Of a stretch of DNA of 64,000 nt, positions 54,801 through 63,189 are shown piece after piece. The notes beneath the pieces are model-generated. The model worked only from the letters and a program-made list of their open reading frames with translations, was not told where the DNA came from and ran no database searches. This stretch comes from an uncultured Oscillospiraceae bacterium (GTDB lineage: Bacteria > Bacillota > Clostridia > Oscillospirales > Oscillospiraceae), in the NCBI GenBank assembly GCA_964461385.1, contig CAYWUA010000003.1:9454-73453 (forward strand), in the 5' to 3' direction. Every line of letters starts with the position of its first letter. Position 1 is the first letter of the stretch. Made by a program: the position numbers and the translations under genes.

Positions 54801-54818
54801 TGAATAAATATTTATTCA
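54801..54818. promoter_or_regulatory. Perfect 18-bp palindrome, probable TetR operator
   Basis: TGAATAAATATTTATTCA is perfectly self-complementary. It lies 47 nt upstream of the ABC start, just downstream of the candidate promoter. Confidence 0.6.
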
Positions 54819-54831
54819 ATTCTACCGCACT

Positions 54832-54860
54832 ATGGTAGCCCGCGCCCCGGGGTTTGTCAA
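54832..54860 (-). promoter_or_regulatory. Candidate promoter of the ABC-TetR operon
   Basis: The minus strand reads TTGACA-17 nt-TACCAT. Confidence 0.45.
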
Positions 54861-54985
54861 TCGTCTTTCAGTGAAGTTCAAAATTTATTTTCAAATCGGG
54901 CATACCGTCTGTTCACAGATATTGCTCGTCCATGATCTAAGGCGATCTTCTTCACCTGATACATCCCATTTCTCAGGCCCCATGT

Positions 54986-55027
54986 AAAAACGCCGCCGCG
55001 CCGCCAGATTGCAGCGGCGCGACGGCG
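54986..55027 (-). terminator. Rho-independent terminator after the arylsulfotransferase-family gene
   Basis: The minus strand reads cgccgtcgcgccgc-tgcaatctg-gcggcgcggcggcg-TTTTT. The stem is 14 bp with one mismatch. Confidence 0.7.
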
Positions 55028-55034
55028 CGGATCG

Positions 55035-56810
55035 TTATTCAGCAAACCAGCAGCCCACCATATCGTACTTAATGGTGCGGTAGTTCTGCATGGTGCACTC
55101 GTAGGCGTACTCCCGGATGAGCACGCCGTCGGCGTCGTACTCGCCAAAGACCATCGCCACGCCGCTGTTGACCACCCAGTGCCCCTCCTCGCCGTAGTGA
55201 GAGGCGTTGGAGACGATGCTGGAGTAGGGCACATCAAAGGAGGAGGCGAGCGAGAAGGTGCGCTCGTTCTCATCGATACAGTAGACGTAGACCTGGCTGG
55301 TCTTGCTGCCGTCGCCGTAGAGGTCGGTGCCGACGCTCTCGGCCAGCTCCGGCTCATAGTCGTCCCGGCTGCTGTTGGCCCAGTAGTTATTGTTATAGAC
55401 CGCCAGGTAGTACACGCCCTCCGTCTCGCCGTCGCCCAAATACTCCACAAAGTGCTGGCCATACTGCGGCACGAAGTCGCCCTCCTGGCGCAGGCTGTAT
55501 TCGGCATAGGCGGTGTCCGCCCAAAACGCCTCATCCCCCGCCATCCAGTCCAGCGTCACCTCGCTGTGGATGCCGGTCACCTTGATAATGGTGGAAGTCT
55601 CACGCGAGGAGACGATCAGCCCGTCGTCCTCTGGCATGTACTGCAAGCTGTTCAGGTGCAGCCAGTCCCACTCGCCCGCCTGCCAGAAGAACTCGTCGGT
55701 GGGCGCAACGACACGCGTCGTCTCAAAATACTCCGGCAGCACATCGGTAAAGTAGATCAGCTCACACACCTCACCCGTCTCCAAGTCGACGGAGAGCACC
55801 ACGTCCTCCACCGTCTCGCCGTCCACATGCTCGGCCAGGGCGAGCAGCTCGCCTTCCTGCCCGAAGCCGATGTCGTGGTGCAGCTCGTAGCCGTCCAGGT
55901 CGTAGATCTGCACCACCCGGCCAAGGCCGTCAATCCGCGCCAGGCGGGTGGAGCTGACGCAGGTGATGATCTCGTCCCCATAGGGAAGGATGCGGTCCAG
56001 GCCGTACCCCTCCAGCACCATCTCATAGCGCAGCACGCCGGCGTTGTCGTAGAAAAAACCATAGCCAAGGTAGCCGTTCACCCGCATCATGGCAAAGAGT
56101 CCGTCCGTCAGCTCCGCGTCCGAGGCGCCGTCCGTCGTCTCCAGCGTGGTGGCATAACCCGACTGTGTCTCCGGCATGTCCACGGCAAAGGTGACTGTCT
56201 GGCGCACCGTGCCCCAGGAGCCGGTGACCTGCATTGTGACCTCATTCGTCTGGCCGGGCACCAGGCCGATCAGCTGGAACTCGTGCACGCGGGTGTATGT
56301 CTCGCCGCTGGCGTCGGCGGCGGTGGCGGTGTAATCCGGAATGCTGTCATCCTCCACATGGATGGTGTAGCTCACCTGCGTCGGCAAGTCGGTCTCAAAG
56401 TAGAGGTAGAGCCCGTTGCTGCCGGTGCCGTAGGGGTTGAGCACCGCAAGCGGGTTGCTCGCCGTCCACTGTACATCTCTGGCCTTCAGCTCCTCGAGCG
56501 CATCGGACAGGCGCTGCTGCACACTGTCGTCGTAGTAGGTGAAGCCCTCCTCTTCCAGGTCCATCGGCACGATCTGGAGCACGCGCAGGCCTCCGTTCAG
56601 ATCCACCTCGGTGTACTCGATCTGCAGCGTCTCGTTGCGCCCCACGACCTCGCCGCCCACGTCGGCGTCACCCCAGTCGGTACGCACCGCGCTCTCCTGC
56701 GCGGTGAATGCTCTGGAGACTGCCAGTACCGTCAGCGGCACGGCAATGGCCAATACGACAACGACGGCAGCCAGAATAAGGAATAGTTTCTTGTGTTTTT
56801 TCCAAACCAT
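55035..56810 (-). CDS. Arylsulfotransferase (ASST)-family protein with an N-terminal membrane anchor
   Basis: Start at ATG 56810 (AAAGGAGAA RBS). The anchor reads MVWKKHKKLFLILAAVVVVLAIAVPLTVLAV. Beta-propeller-type motifs recalled from ASST are present: YELHHDIG and WLHLNSLQYMPEDDGLIVSSRETSTIIKV. Confidence 0.7.
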   Translation of the reverse strand: MVWKKHKKLFLILAAVVVVLAIAVPLTVLAVSRAFTAQESAVRTDWGDADVGGEVVGRNETLQIEYTEVDLNGGLRVLQIVPMDLEEEGFTYYDDSVQQRLSDALEELKARDVQWTASNPLAVLNPYGTGSNGLYLYFETDLPTQVSYTIHVEDDSIPDYTATAADASGETYTRVHEFQLIGLVPGQTNEVTMQVTGSWGTVRQTVTFAVDMPETQSGYATTLETTDGASDAELTDGLFAMMRVNGYLGYGFFYDNAGVLRYEMVLEGYGLDRILPYGDEIITCVSSTRLARIDGLGRVVQIYDLDGYELHHDIGFGQEGELLALAEHVDGETVEDVVLSVDLETGEVCELIYFTDVLPEYFETTRVVAPTDEFFWQAGEWDWLHLNSLQYMPEDDGLIVSSRETSTIIKVTGIHSEVTLDWMAGDEAFWADTAYAEYSLRQEGDFVPQYGQHFVEYLGDGETEGVYYLAVYNNNYWANSSRDDYEPELAESVGTDLYGDGSKTSQVYVYCIDENERTFSLASSFDVPYSSIVSNASHYGEEGHWVVNSGVAMVFGEYDADGVLIREYAYECTMQNYRTIKYDMVGCWFAE

Positions 56811-57052
56811 GGGTTTTTCTCCTTTTTGAGGGTTCAGAAAGAGGGAGATACGTCCTGCTGCGGCTTCCATTTTCTGGATTTCTGCGCCGACAACAATCTT
56901 ACTTTATCATACCTGGCACAGGAGCGTTGTCAATACCTATGGAGGAAAAAAGCGCGATTTCGGCCGCTCAAACGGCAATTTTGTCATACGCGCCAATTCT
57001 GAGGCAAAAAGCGGCCGGTTTCCGGTGTTTTTCCCATTTTGCGCGAAAGGCC

Positions 57053-57082
57053 TTGACATGCCGCCAAAAATTGTACTATAGT
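57053..57082 (+). promoter_or_regulatory. Candidate promoter of BMP/ABC operon 2
   Basis: TTGACA-18 nt-TATAGT, about 125 nt upstream of ATG 57208. Confidence 0.55.
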
Positions 57083-57099
57083 AAAGTAAGTAAACAATT

Positions 57100-57158
57100 C
57101 AGACGGCGATGGTGACGGTCGATGATTTATCGCCACCAACGCCGTCTGCTTTGTTTTC
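57100..57158 (+). promoter_or_regulatory. Terminator-like leader hairpin (candidate attenuator or riboswitch expression platform)
   Basis: cagacggcgatggtg-19 nt-caccaacgccgtctg, a 15-bp stem with one mismatch, followed by cTTTgTTTTc. It lies between the promoter and the first gene of the operon. Confidence 0.5.
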
Positions 57159-57207
57159 CCACCTGTGAGGCAACCACAGAAATCAATTCGAGAGGAGAGA
57201 GCCTGAC

Positions 57208-58716
57208 ATGGAAGAGATATTGCGGATGGAACATATCACCAAGCGCTTTGGGGATGTGTTCGCCAACCGGGATATCAATCTGGACATTCGTAAGGGCGAG
57301 GTGCACACGCTGCTCGGCGAGAACGGCGCGGGCAAATCCACCCTGATGAACGTCCTGATCGGCCTGTATCAGCCGACAGAGGGAGATATCTACCTCAATG
57401 GGCAAAAGGTGCGCATTGACTCCCCGGCCAAGGCAGTGCAGCTGGGCATCGGCATGGTCCACCAGCACTTTATGCTGGTCGAGGCGATGACGGTGTTTGA
57501 AAACATTATCCTGGGCGACACCCGGACCCCCGGCATCTTCATCCAGCGCGACAAGATGCGCGCGGAGATCGTCGCGCTGGCGGAAAAGTACGGGCTGGAT
57601 GTCCAGCTGGACAAGCCCATCACCGAGATCTCGGTCGGCGAACAGCAGCGCGTAGAGATCCTCAAGGCGCTCTATCGCGGCGCGGAGCTGCTCATCCTGG
57701 ACGAGCCGACCGCCGCCCTGACCGATATCGAGGTGGAGGGCCTGTTCTCCATTATGGAGAAGCTCACCGGTGAGGGAAAGAGCGTCATCTTTATCAGCCA
57801 CAAGATGCGTGAGGTGCTGCGCATCTCCGACCGAATCACAATCCTGCGCGCCGGGCAGACCATCTGTACGCTCAACAAGGCGGACACCTCCGGTCCCGAG
57901 CTGGCCGCACTGATGATCGGCCGCGAGCTCTCCCCCTCCCACTATGACAAAAAGACGCAGGCCGGCCGTCAGGTCATCAGCCTGGAGCATGTGGACTACC
58001 ACAAACAGGCCAAGCACAGCGGCCTCAACGGCGTCACCCTCTCCGTCGGGGCCGGCGAGATCGTCGGCGTGGCCGGCGTGGACGGCAACGGGCAGAGCCA
58101 GCTCGCCCAGCTGATCGCCGGCGTGATCGGCCCGGACAGTGGCGTGGTGGACCTCAAGGACAGCAAGGTCGCGAAATTCTTCCCCCAGGCCTTCATTGAG
58201 GAGGGCGTGAGCCACATCCCGGAGGACCGCAACAAGATGGGCCTGGTGGGCGACATGAGCGTGCGGGAAAATCTGGTGCTCAAGAGCACCAACACCGACC
58301 GCTTCAGCTGGAAAAAGGGTCTCTTCCTCAACAAGCGCGCGATGCGTGAGTACGCCGACGAGATGCAGGAGAAGTACGATATCCGCTGCGCCTCCGTCGA
58401 GCAGGAGGCCCGCAGCCTCTCCGGCGGCAACCAGCAGAAGATCATCCTCGCCCGCGAGCTGGAGGCCAATCCCGACCTGCTCATCGCCGTGCATCCGACG
58501 CGCGGCCTGGACATCGGCGCGACCCGCTTTATCCACGACATGATGATCCAGGCACGTGACGGCGGCTGCGGGGTGCTGCTCATCTCGGCGGACTTTGACG
58601 AGATCCTGGAGATGAGCGACCGTATCGTGGTCATGTTCGAGGGCCAGATCATGGGCGAGTTCCCCGGTAAGAACCCGCCGATTGACGAGATCAGCCTGGC
58701 TATGGCCGGCAAGTGA
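57208..58716 (+). CDS. ABC transporter ATP-binding protein (tandem ATPase domains), operon 2
   Basis: GENGAGKSTLMNVL...LDEPTAAL and GVDGNGQSQL...LSGGNQQK. It is a paralog of 46804-48345. Confidence 0.9.
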   Translation: MEEILRMEHITKRFGDVFANRDINLDIRKGEVHTLLGENGAGKSTLMNVLIGLYQPTEGDIYLNGQKVRIDSPAKAVQLGIGMVHQHFMLVEAMTVFENIILGDTRTPGIFIQRDKMRAEIVALAEKYGLDVQLDKPITEISVGEQQRVEILKALYRGAELLILDEPTAALTDIEVEGLFSIMEKLTGEGKSVIFISHKMREVLRISDRITILRAGQTICTLNKADTSGPELAALMIGRELSPSHYDKKTQAGRQVISLEHVDYHKQAKHSGLNGVTLSVGAGEIVGVAGVDGNGQSQLAQLIAGVIGPDSGVVDLKDSKVAKFFPQAFIEEGVSHIPEDRNKMGLVGDMSVRENLVLKSTNTDRFSWKKGLFLNKRAMREYADEMQEKYDIRCASVEQEARSLSGGNQQKIILARELEANPDLLIAVHPTRGLDIGATRFIHDMMIQARDGGCGVLLISADFDEILEMSDRIVVMFEGQIMGEFPGKNPPIDEISLAMAGK

Positions 58717-58730
58717 GGAGGGGAGCGACT

Positions 58731-59786
58731 ATGAAACACAATATCAAATGGGTCAACGTGCTCATCCCGGCGGCTTCCGTCCTGCTGTCTTTGGTGATCG
58801 GCTCCATCATCATGATCATCCTTGGTTCCAATCCGTTCATCGCGCTGCAATACCTGTGGATCGGCGCCTTTGGCAACCTGACCAACCTCGGCACCACGCT
58901 CACGCGCGCCACGCCGCTCATCTTCACCGGCCTGTGCGCCTGCTTTGCCTACCGCTGCGGCGTGTTTAATCTCGGCGGTGAGGGACAGTTCATCATGGGG
59001 TCCATCCTCGCCTGCGCCATCGCCACCCAGAGCGGGCTGACCGGCCTGCCGGCGATCCTCCTCTGCCTGGTGGCCGGCACGATCGGCGGCGGCATCTGGG
59101 CGATGATCCCCGGCCTGCTGAAGATCTATCGCGGACAGAACGAGATGATCATCTCCATCATGCTCAACTACGTCGCCACTCTCTTTATGGGCGTGATTTA
59201 CACCAACTGGCTGCGCGACGGCAGCGTGCCGCAGACGGCGGCGGTGCCGCTGGAGAGCCGCCTGACCAAGCTTTTCGGCCTGCGTGTGACCACCGCCTTC
59301 CTGCTGGCGCTGCTGGTAGGGGTGCTGATTTACTATTTCCTGTTCCATACCTCCAAAGGCTTCCAGCTCCGGGCGGTGGGCCTGAACATGACCGCCGCGG
59401 AATTCAACGGCTTTGCCGTGCGTCGCTATATGCTCATCAGCTTTGTCGTCTCCGGCATGATCGCCGGCCTCGGCGGCAGCGCCGAGCTGCTGGGCACCCA
59501 GTACCGCCTGATCAACGGCTTTGCCAGCGGCTACGGATTTGACGGCGTGGCAATGGCCCTCATCGGCCAGCTCCACCCGCTCGCGACTATTGTGGTTGCC
59601 ATCTTCTTCGCCGCCCTGCGCGTCGGCTCGACCACCATGCAGGTGGCCACCGGCGTGCCCACCAGCGTGTCCGACATTATCCAGGCACTGGTCATCGTCT
59701 TCACGGTGGCGGGTCTGGCCATGGTCAAGCTGCCTGAGTTCAAAGCGGCGGTGGCCAAACTGACTGCGAAAAAGGAGGCCGCGTAA
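58731..59786 (+). CDS. ABC transporter permease, operon 2
   Basis: ATG 58731 follows GAGGAGGGG. Polytopic ORF, paralog of 48342-49433. Confidence 0.85.
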   Translation: MKHNIKWVNVLIPAASVLLSLVIGSIIMIILGSNPFIALQYLWIGAFGNLTNLGTTLTRATPLIFTGLCACFAYRCGVFNLGGEGQFIMGSILACAIATQSGLTGLPAILLCLVAGTIGGGIWAMIPGLLKIYRGQNEMIISIMLNYVATLFMGVIYTNWLRDGSVPQTAAVPLESRLTKLFGLRVTTAFLLALLVGVLIYYFLFHTSKGFQLRAVGLNMTAAEFNGFAVRRYMLISFVVSGMIAGLGGSAELLGTQYRLINGFASGYGFDGVAMALIGQLHPLATIVVAIFFAALRVGSTTMQVATGVPTSVSDIIQALVIVFTVAGLAMVKLPEFKAAVAKLTAKKEAA

Positions 59787-59787
59787 T

Positions 59788-60717
59788 ATGGACTGGGACT
59801 TTATCGCCAATCTGATTCTGGCCAGCGTGCGTATGGCCACCCCTCTCATCTTCCTGTCCCTGGCAGAGCTCTACTCCCAGCGGGCCGGACTGGTCCACAT
59901 CGGTCTGGAGGGCCTGGCCTCCATCGGCTCCCTGGTGGGCTTCCTGGTCTGCCTGATCTCGGGCAGCCCTCTGGTCGGTATCGTTGCCGGCGCGCTCTCG
60001 GGCATCGCGGTGAATATGATCTACGCCTACGCCACCATCAGCCTGTGCGCCGAGCAGATCGTCTACGGCATGGCAATCAACATTTTCGCCCCCGCCCTGG
60101 CGGCCTTTATCTACCGTGTCTACTTCGGCGCCGGCTCTGAGCTGGTGCAGGGTGCGCTGATGCAGGCGATCTACATCCCCGTGCTCAGCGACATCCCCTT
60201 TGTCGGCGATTTGCTCTTCGGACAGACCCCGATGGTCTACCTGGCCTACGCCCTGGTGATCGTCACGGCGATCTACTTCAGCAAGACCAAATCCGGCCTG
60301 AACTTCAAGGCGGTGGGCGAGTATCCCCAGGCGGCCGCCACTCTCGGCATCAACGTCATCGGCGTGAAGTACCTCGCCAGCGTCATCTGCGGTGCTCTGG
60401 CCGGCATCGGCGGCGCGTATCTGACCACCTGCTATGCCAGCACCTACTCCGACGGCAACGTGGCTGGGCGCGGCTTTATCGCCCTGGCAGCGGTCATCTT
60501 CGGCCGCTGGAGCGCCGGCGGCGTGTTGCTCGCGTGCCTGTTCTTCGGCTTCTGTGATGCGCTGCAGATCCGCCTGCAGGTGGGCAGCTCCAACATCCCC
60601 TATCAGTTCTTCCAGATGATCCCCTATGTGGCCACCGTGGTGGTCCTCGGCGTCATTGGCCTGAAGAAGGCCGGCCCCAGGGCCTCCGGCAAGCCCTATC
60701 GCCGTGAGGAGCGATGA
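59788..60717 (+). CDS. ABC transporter permease, operon 2
   Basis: 309-aa polytopic ORF, paralog of 49435-50418. Confidence 0.85.
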   Translation: MDWDFIANLILASVRMATPLIFLSLAELYSQRAGLVHIGLEGLASIGSLVGFLVCLISGSPLVGIVAGALSGIAVNMIYAYATISLCAEQIVYGMAINIFAPALAAFIYRVYFGAGSELVQGALMQAIYIPVLSDIPFVGDLLFGQTPMVYLAYALVIVTAIYFSKTKSGLNFKAVGEYPQAAATLGINVIGVKYLASVICGALAGIGGAYLTTCYASTYSDGNVAGRGFIALAAVIFGRWSAGGVLLACLFFGFCDALQIRLQVGSSNIPYQFFQMIPYVATVVVLGVIGLKKAGPRASGKPYRREER

Positions 60718-60751
60718 GGAAACCCGGTATCCTGTGAGGAGGAATTTTGTG

Positions 60752-61777
60752 ATGAGAAAAAAAGCGCTTTCCCTGCTCCTCGCCGCCGCTCTGGTGTTCA
60801 GCCTGACCGGCTGCGTGAGCATCAGCAATGTGGACGAAAACGGCAACCGCATTTACCGCGTGGCAATGATCTGCGACTCCAGCATCTCCGACGGCGGCTG
60901 GGGTATGAGCTGTTACAACGCTATGGTGGACGCCGCCGAACAGTACGGCTGGGAGACGGAGGTCACCGACAGCATCGACCAGTCGGCCTACTACGAGACC
61001 ATCGTGGCCTATTGTTCGCTAAACTATGACCTCATCTTCGCCCCCGGTAACCAGTACACCGACGCCGTGCTCCAGGCGGCGGAGGAGTATCCTAACATCT
61101 GCTTCGCCTTGCTCAACGGCGGCGAGGACACTCCGGCCGAGGCGATCAACGGAAATGTTGTCTCCCTGCTGCCGGACGCGACCCAGGTCGGCTGGATCGC
61201 CGGCGCGCTGGCCGGCCTGATGAGCCAGACGGGCATTATCGCCTTTATCGGCGGTATGGAGCTGGACACCACACTGGCCAAGTATGAGGGCTATGCCGAG
61301 GCGGCCATCTATGTCGCCGCTCAGGAGGGGCGCGAGATCACCGTGCTCGACCCGGTGTACGCTGGCTCCTTCTCTGCGACAGATATGGGCATCGAGTTCG
61401 CCATGGCGATGATTGATCAAGGCGCGGACGTCTTCTTCGGCGATGCGTCGTCGGTGGACTCAGGCGCGCGCCAGGCAATCGACGAGGCGAACAACGCCAG
61501 CGGCGCGGTCACCATCTACGACATCGCCCAACCCTCCGATCTGCTCGGGCAGAACGAGTGCATCATCTGCAGCCAGGTGACAGACAACTCCAACCTCGTC
61601 GCCCAGTGCATGCAAGCCATTGAGGACGGCACCTTCACCGCTACGGTGATCTACGGCACGATGCAGAATGGCGCCCTCTACGCCGGCACGCTCAGCGACC
61701 TGGTCCCCGCCGATGTACAGGAGCAGTATCAAGTCTACCTGCAGCAGATGGTGGACGGCACCTTCATGCAGGACTAA
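60752..61777 (+). CDS. BMP-family ABC substrate-binding lipoprotein, operon 2
   Basis: ATG 60752 follows GAGGAGG. Lipobox MRKKALSLLLAAALVFSLTGC, then a BMP domain (YRVAMICDSSISDGGWG...LIFAPGNQY). Confidence 0.85.
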   Translation: MRKKALSLLLAAALVFSLTGCVSISNVDENGNRIYRVAMICDSSISDGGWGMSCYNAMVDAAEQYGWETEVTDSIDQSAYYETIVAYCSLNYDLIFAPGNQYTDAVLQAAEEYPNICFALLNGGEDTPAEAINGNVVSLLPDATQVGWIAGALAGLMSQTGIIAFIGGMELDTTLAKYEGYAEAAIYVAAQEGREITVLDPVYAGSFSATDMGIEFAMAMIDQGADVFFGDASSVDSGARQAIDEANNASGAVTIYDIAQPSDLLGQNECIICSQVTDNSNLVAQCMQAIEDGTFTATVIYGTMQNGALYAGTLSDLVPADVQEQYQVYLQQMVDGTFMQD

Positions 61778-61792
61778 GTGAAACCAACCTGG

Positions 61793-61820
61793 AGGCGGCC
61801 GGGAACCCCCGGCCGCCTTT
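61793..61820 (+). terminator. Hairpin after operon 2
   Basis: aggcggccggg-aacc-cccggccgcct-TTT, an 11-bp GC-rich stem with a short U-tract. Confidence 0.5.
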
Positions 61821-61844
61821 CCTCGTCAGAAAGGAGACATCGCC

Positions 61845-62354
61845 ATGTCTCAGCGACCGGACAATATCATCCTCATCGGCATGCCCGGCTCGGGCAAGAG
61901 CAGCGTAGGCGTCGTGCTGGCCAAGGCGCTGGGCTATCACTTTTTGGACGTGGACCTGGTGATCCAGCATCAGGAGGGCGCCCTGCTCCAGCAGATTCTG
62001 GACACGCGCGGCGTGGACGACTTTCTCGACCTGGAGCGGGACGTGATCTGCGCGCTCGACTGCCACCGCACCGTCGTCGCCCCCGGCGGGAGCTGTATCT
62101 GCCGCGAAGCGTCCCTGGAGGCGATGCGCGCGCTGGGTACGGTGGTCTATCTCCAGCTCTCGCTGGAAGAGGTGGGGCGGCGCATCCACAACCTTGCCAG
62201 CCGCGGCGTCGCCCTGCGCCCCGGCCAGACCATCGCGATGCTCTATCAGGAACGCGCGCCGCGCTACGAGCGCTGCGCCCACCTCACCGTCCCGGTGGAT
62301 GGGCAAACTCTGGGCGAGACGGTACTCGCTGTGCGGGAGGCGCTGGGGCCGTGA
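61845..62354 (+). CDS. aroK: Shikimate kinase
   Basis: NIILIGMPGSGKSSVGVVLAKALGYHFLDVDLVIQ...VVAPGGS. Confidence 0.85.
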   Translation: MSQRPDNIILIGMPGSGKSSVGVVLAKALGYHFLDVDLVIQHQEGALLQQILDTRGVDDFLDLERDVICALDCHRTVVAPGGSCICREASLEAMRALGTVVYLQLSLEEVGRRIHNLASRGVALRPGQTIAMLYQERAPRYERCAHLTVPVDGQTLGETVLAVREALGP

Positions 62355-62428
62355 GCGCCCGCTGCGCGCGGTGGACACGCTCCAGCTTATCTCGGAAAAC
62401 TTTTTTGCTGCCCTTTGGCGGCATTACG

Positions 62429-62698
62429 ATGAGCCATAACGGAGATATTGGGTATTGGTTCCATTCCTTGGACGGAGAACCGTACATGATCAGCGGTGAT
62501 GAGGATAACGCCTATGCCCTGGCAGACACCATGGCTGGCGCTCTGGCCTCGTTTGCCGCCACCGGCAATCCTTCGACGGAGGCATTGGAGTGGAGGCCCT
62601 TTACCGCTGAAGAACACAACACTATGATTTTTGATCTGAACTCCGAGCTGCGTGAGGATTTTGATACAGCGCTTTACGATATTGTTGTTCCAGAATAA
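62429..62698 (+). pseudogene. C-terminal remnant of a type-B carboxylesterase (PnbA-like)
   Basis: The last 89 codons of ORF 61778-62698 read MSHNGDIGYWFHSLDGEP...LADTMAGALASFAATGNPSTEALEWRPFTAEEHNTMIFD. This resembles the extreme C-terminus of roughly 500-aa carboxylesterases. The catalytic core is missing. GC content is visibly lower than in the neighbours. Confidence 0.55.
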
Positions 62699-62752
62699 TC
62701 CAATTGCTGTCTCTTAGTTCCAACAAAAGTATTTTCTCCAAATTTGACAAGC

Positions 62753-62786
62753 AACGCCCGGCATGTCCATGGACATGCCGGGCGTT
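62753..62786. terminator. Perfect 34-nt palindromic hairpin between the esterase remnant and rplT
   Basis: aacgcccggcatgtc-catg-gacatgccgggcgtt, 24 nt downstream of the rplT stop on the minus strand. Confidence 0.6.
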
Positions 62787-62810
62787 AAATACTCTATTTC
62801 AGTCGTACAC

Positions 62811-63167
62811 TCAGGCGAGCTGGCTCTTGGCGAGCTGGGCGAGCTGGGTGAAGGCGGCCGCGTCGTTGGTCGCCAGCTCGGAGAGCATCTTGCGGTCGAT
62901 CTGGACGTTCGCCAGCTTCAGGCCGTGCATAAAGGTGGAATAGTTCATGCCGTTGCTCTTGCAGGCGGCGGAGATACGGGTGATCCACAGGCGGCGGAAA
63001 TCACGCTTCTTCAGGCGGCGGCCGATATAGGCGTAGTTGCCCGACTTCATGACCGCCTGCTTGGCCATCTTAAAGTGCTTGCTCTTGGAACCCCAATAGC
63101 CCTTGGCGAGCTTCAGGACCTTATTTCTTCTCTTCCGCGTCATCATCGCGCGCTTGACTCTAGCCAT
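62811..63167 (-). CDS. rplT: 50S ribosomal protein L20
   Basis: [30 protein letters not shown]. Confidence 0.95.
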   Translation of the reverse strand: MARVKRAMMTRKRRNKVLKLAKGYWGSKSKHFKMAKQAVMKSGNYAYIGRRLKKRDFRRLWITRISAACKSNGMNYSTFMHGLKLANVQIDRKMLSELATNDAAAFTQLAQLAKSQLA

Positions 63168-63189
63168 CGTTTATAGCCTCCTTCTCTGC

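Noticed and set aside
54878-55534. 218-aa minus-strand ORF overlapping the 3' end of the ASST-family gene in another frame. A 29-codon ORF also lies in the 54.88-54.98 kb spacer.
   Set aside because: The long ORF is out of frame with a well-supported gene and is Ala/Arg/Thr/Pro-rich. The short ORF has no RBS, and it lies downstream of the ASST terminator and upstream of the ABC promoter.
57181-57205. The GAGAGGAGAGAGCC stretch resembling the PyrR-binding loop (UCCAGAGAGGC)
   Set aside because: The match is only partial. The stretch overlaps the RBS and lies downstream of, not upstream of, the terminator-like hairpin, which is the wrong architecture for PyrR attenuation.
57122-57346. 74-aa ORF starting inside the leader hairpin of operon 2
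   Set aside because: It has no RBS. It runs out of frame into the ABC ATPase gene, and its start codon is buried in the stem-loop.
61778-62428. N-terminal 217 codons of the 306-aa plus-strand ORF that overlaps aroK in another frame
   Set aside because: The translation is Arg/Pro/Gly/Ala-rich junk overlapping the well-supported shikimate kinase frame. Only the last 89 codons, beyond aroK, look like real protein; these are reported as an esterase remnant.
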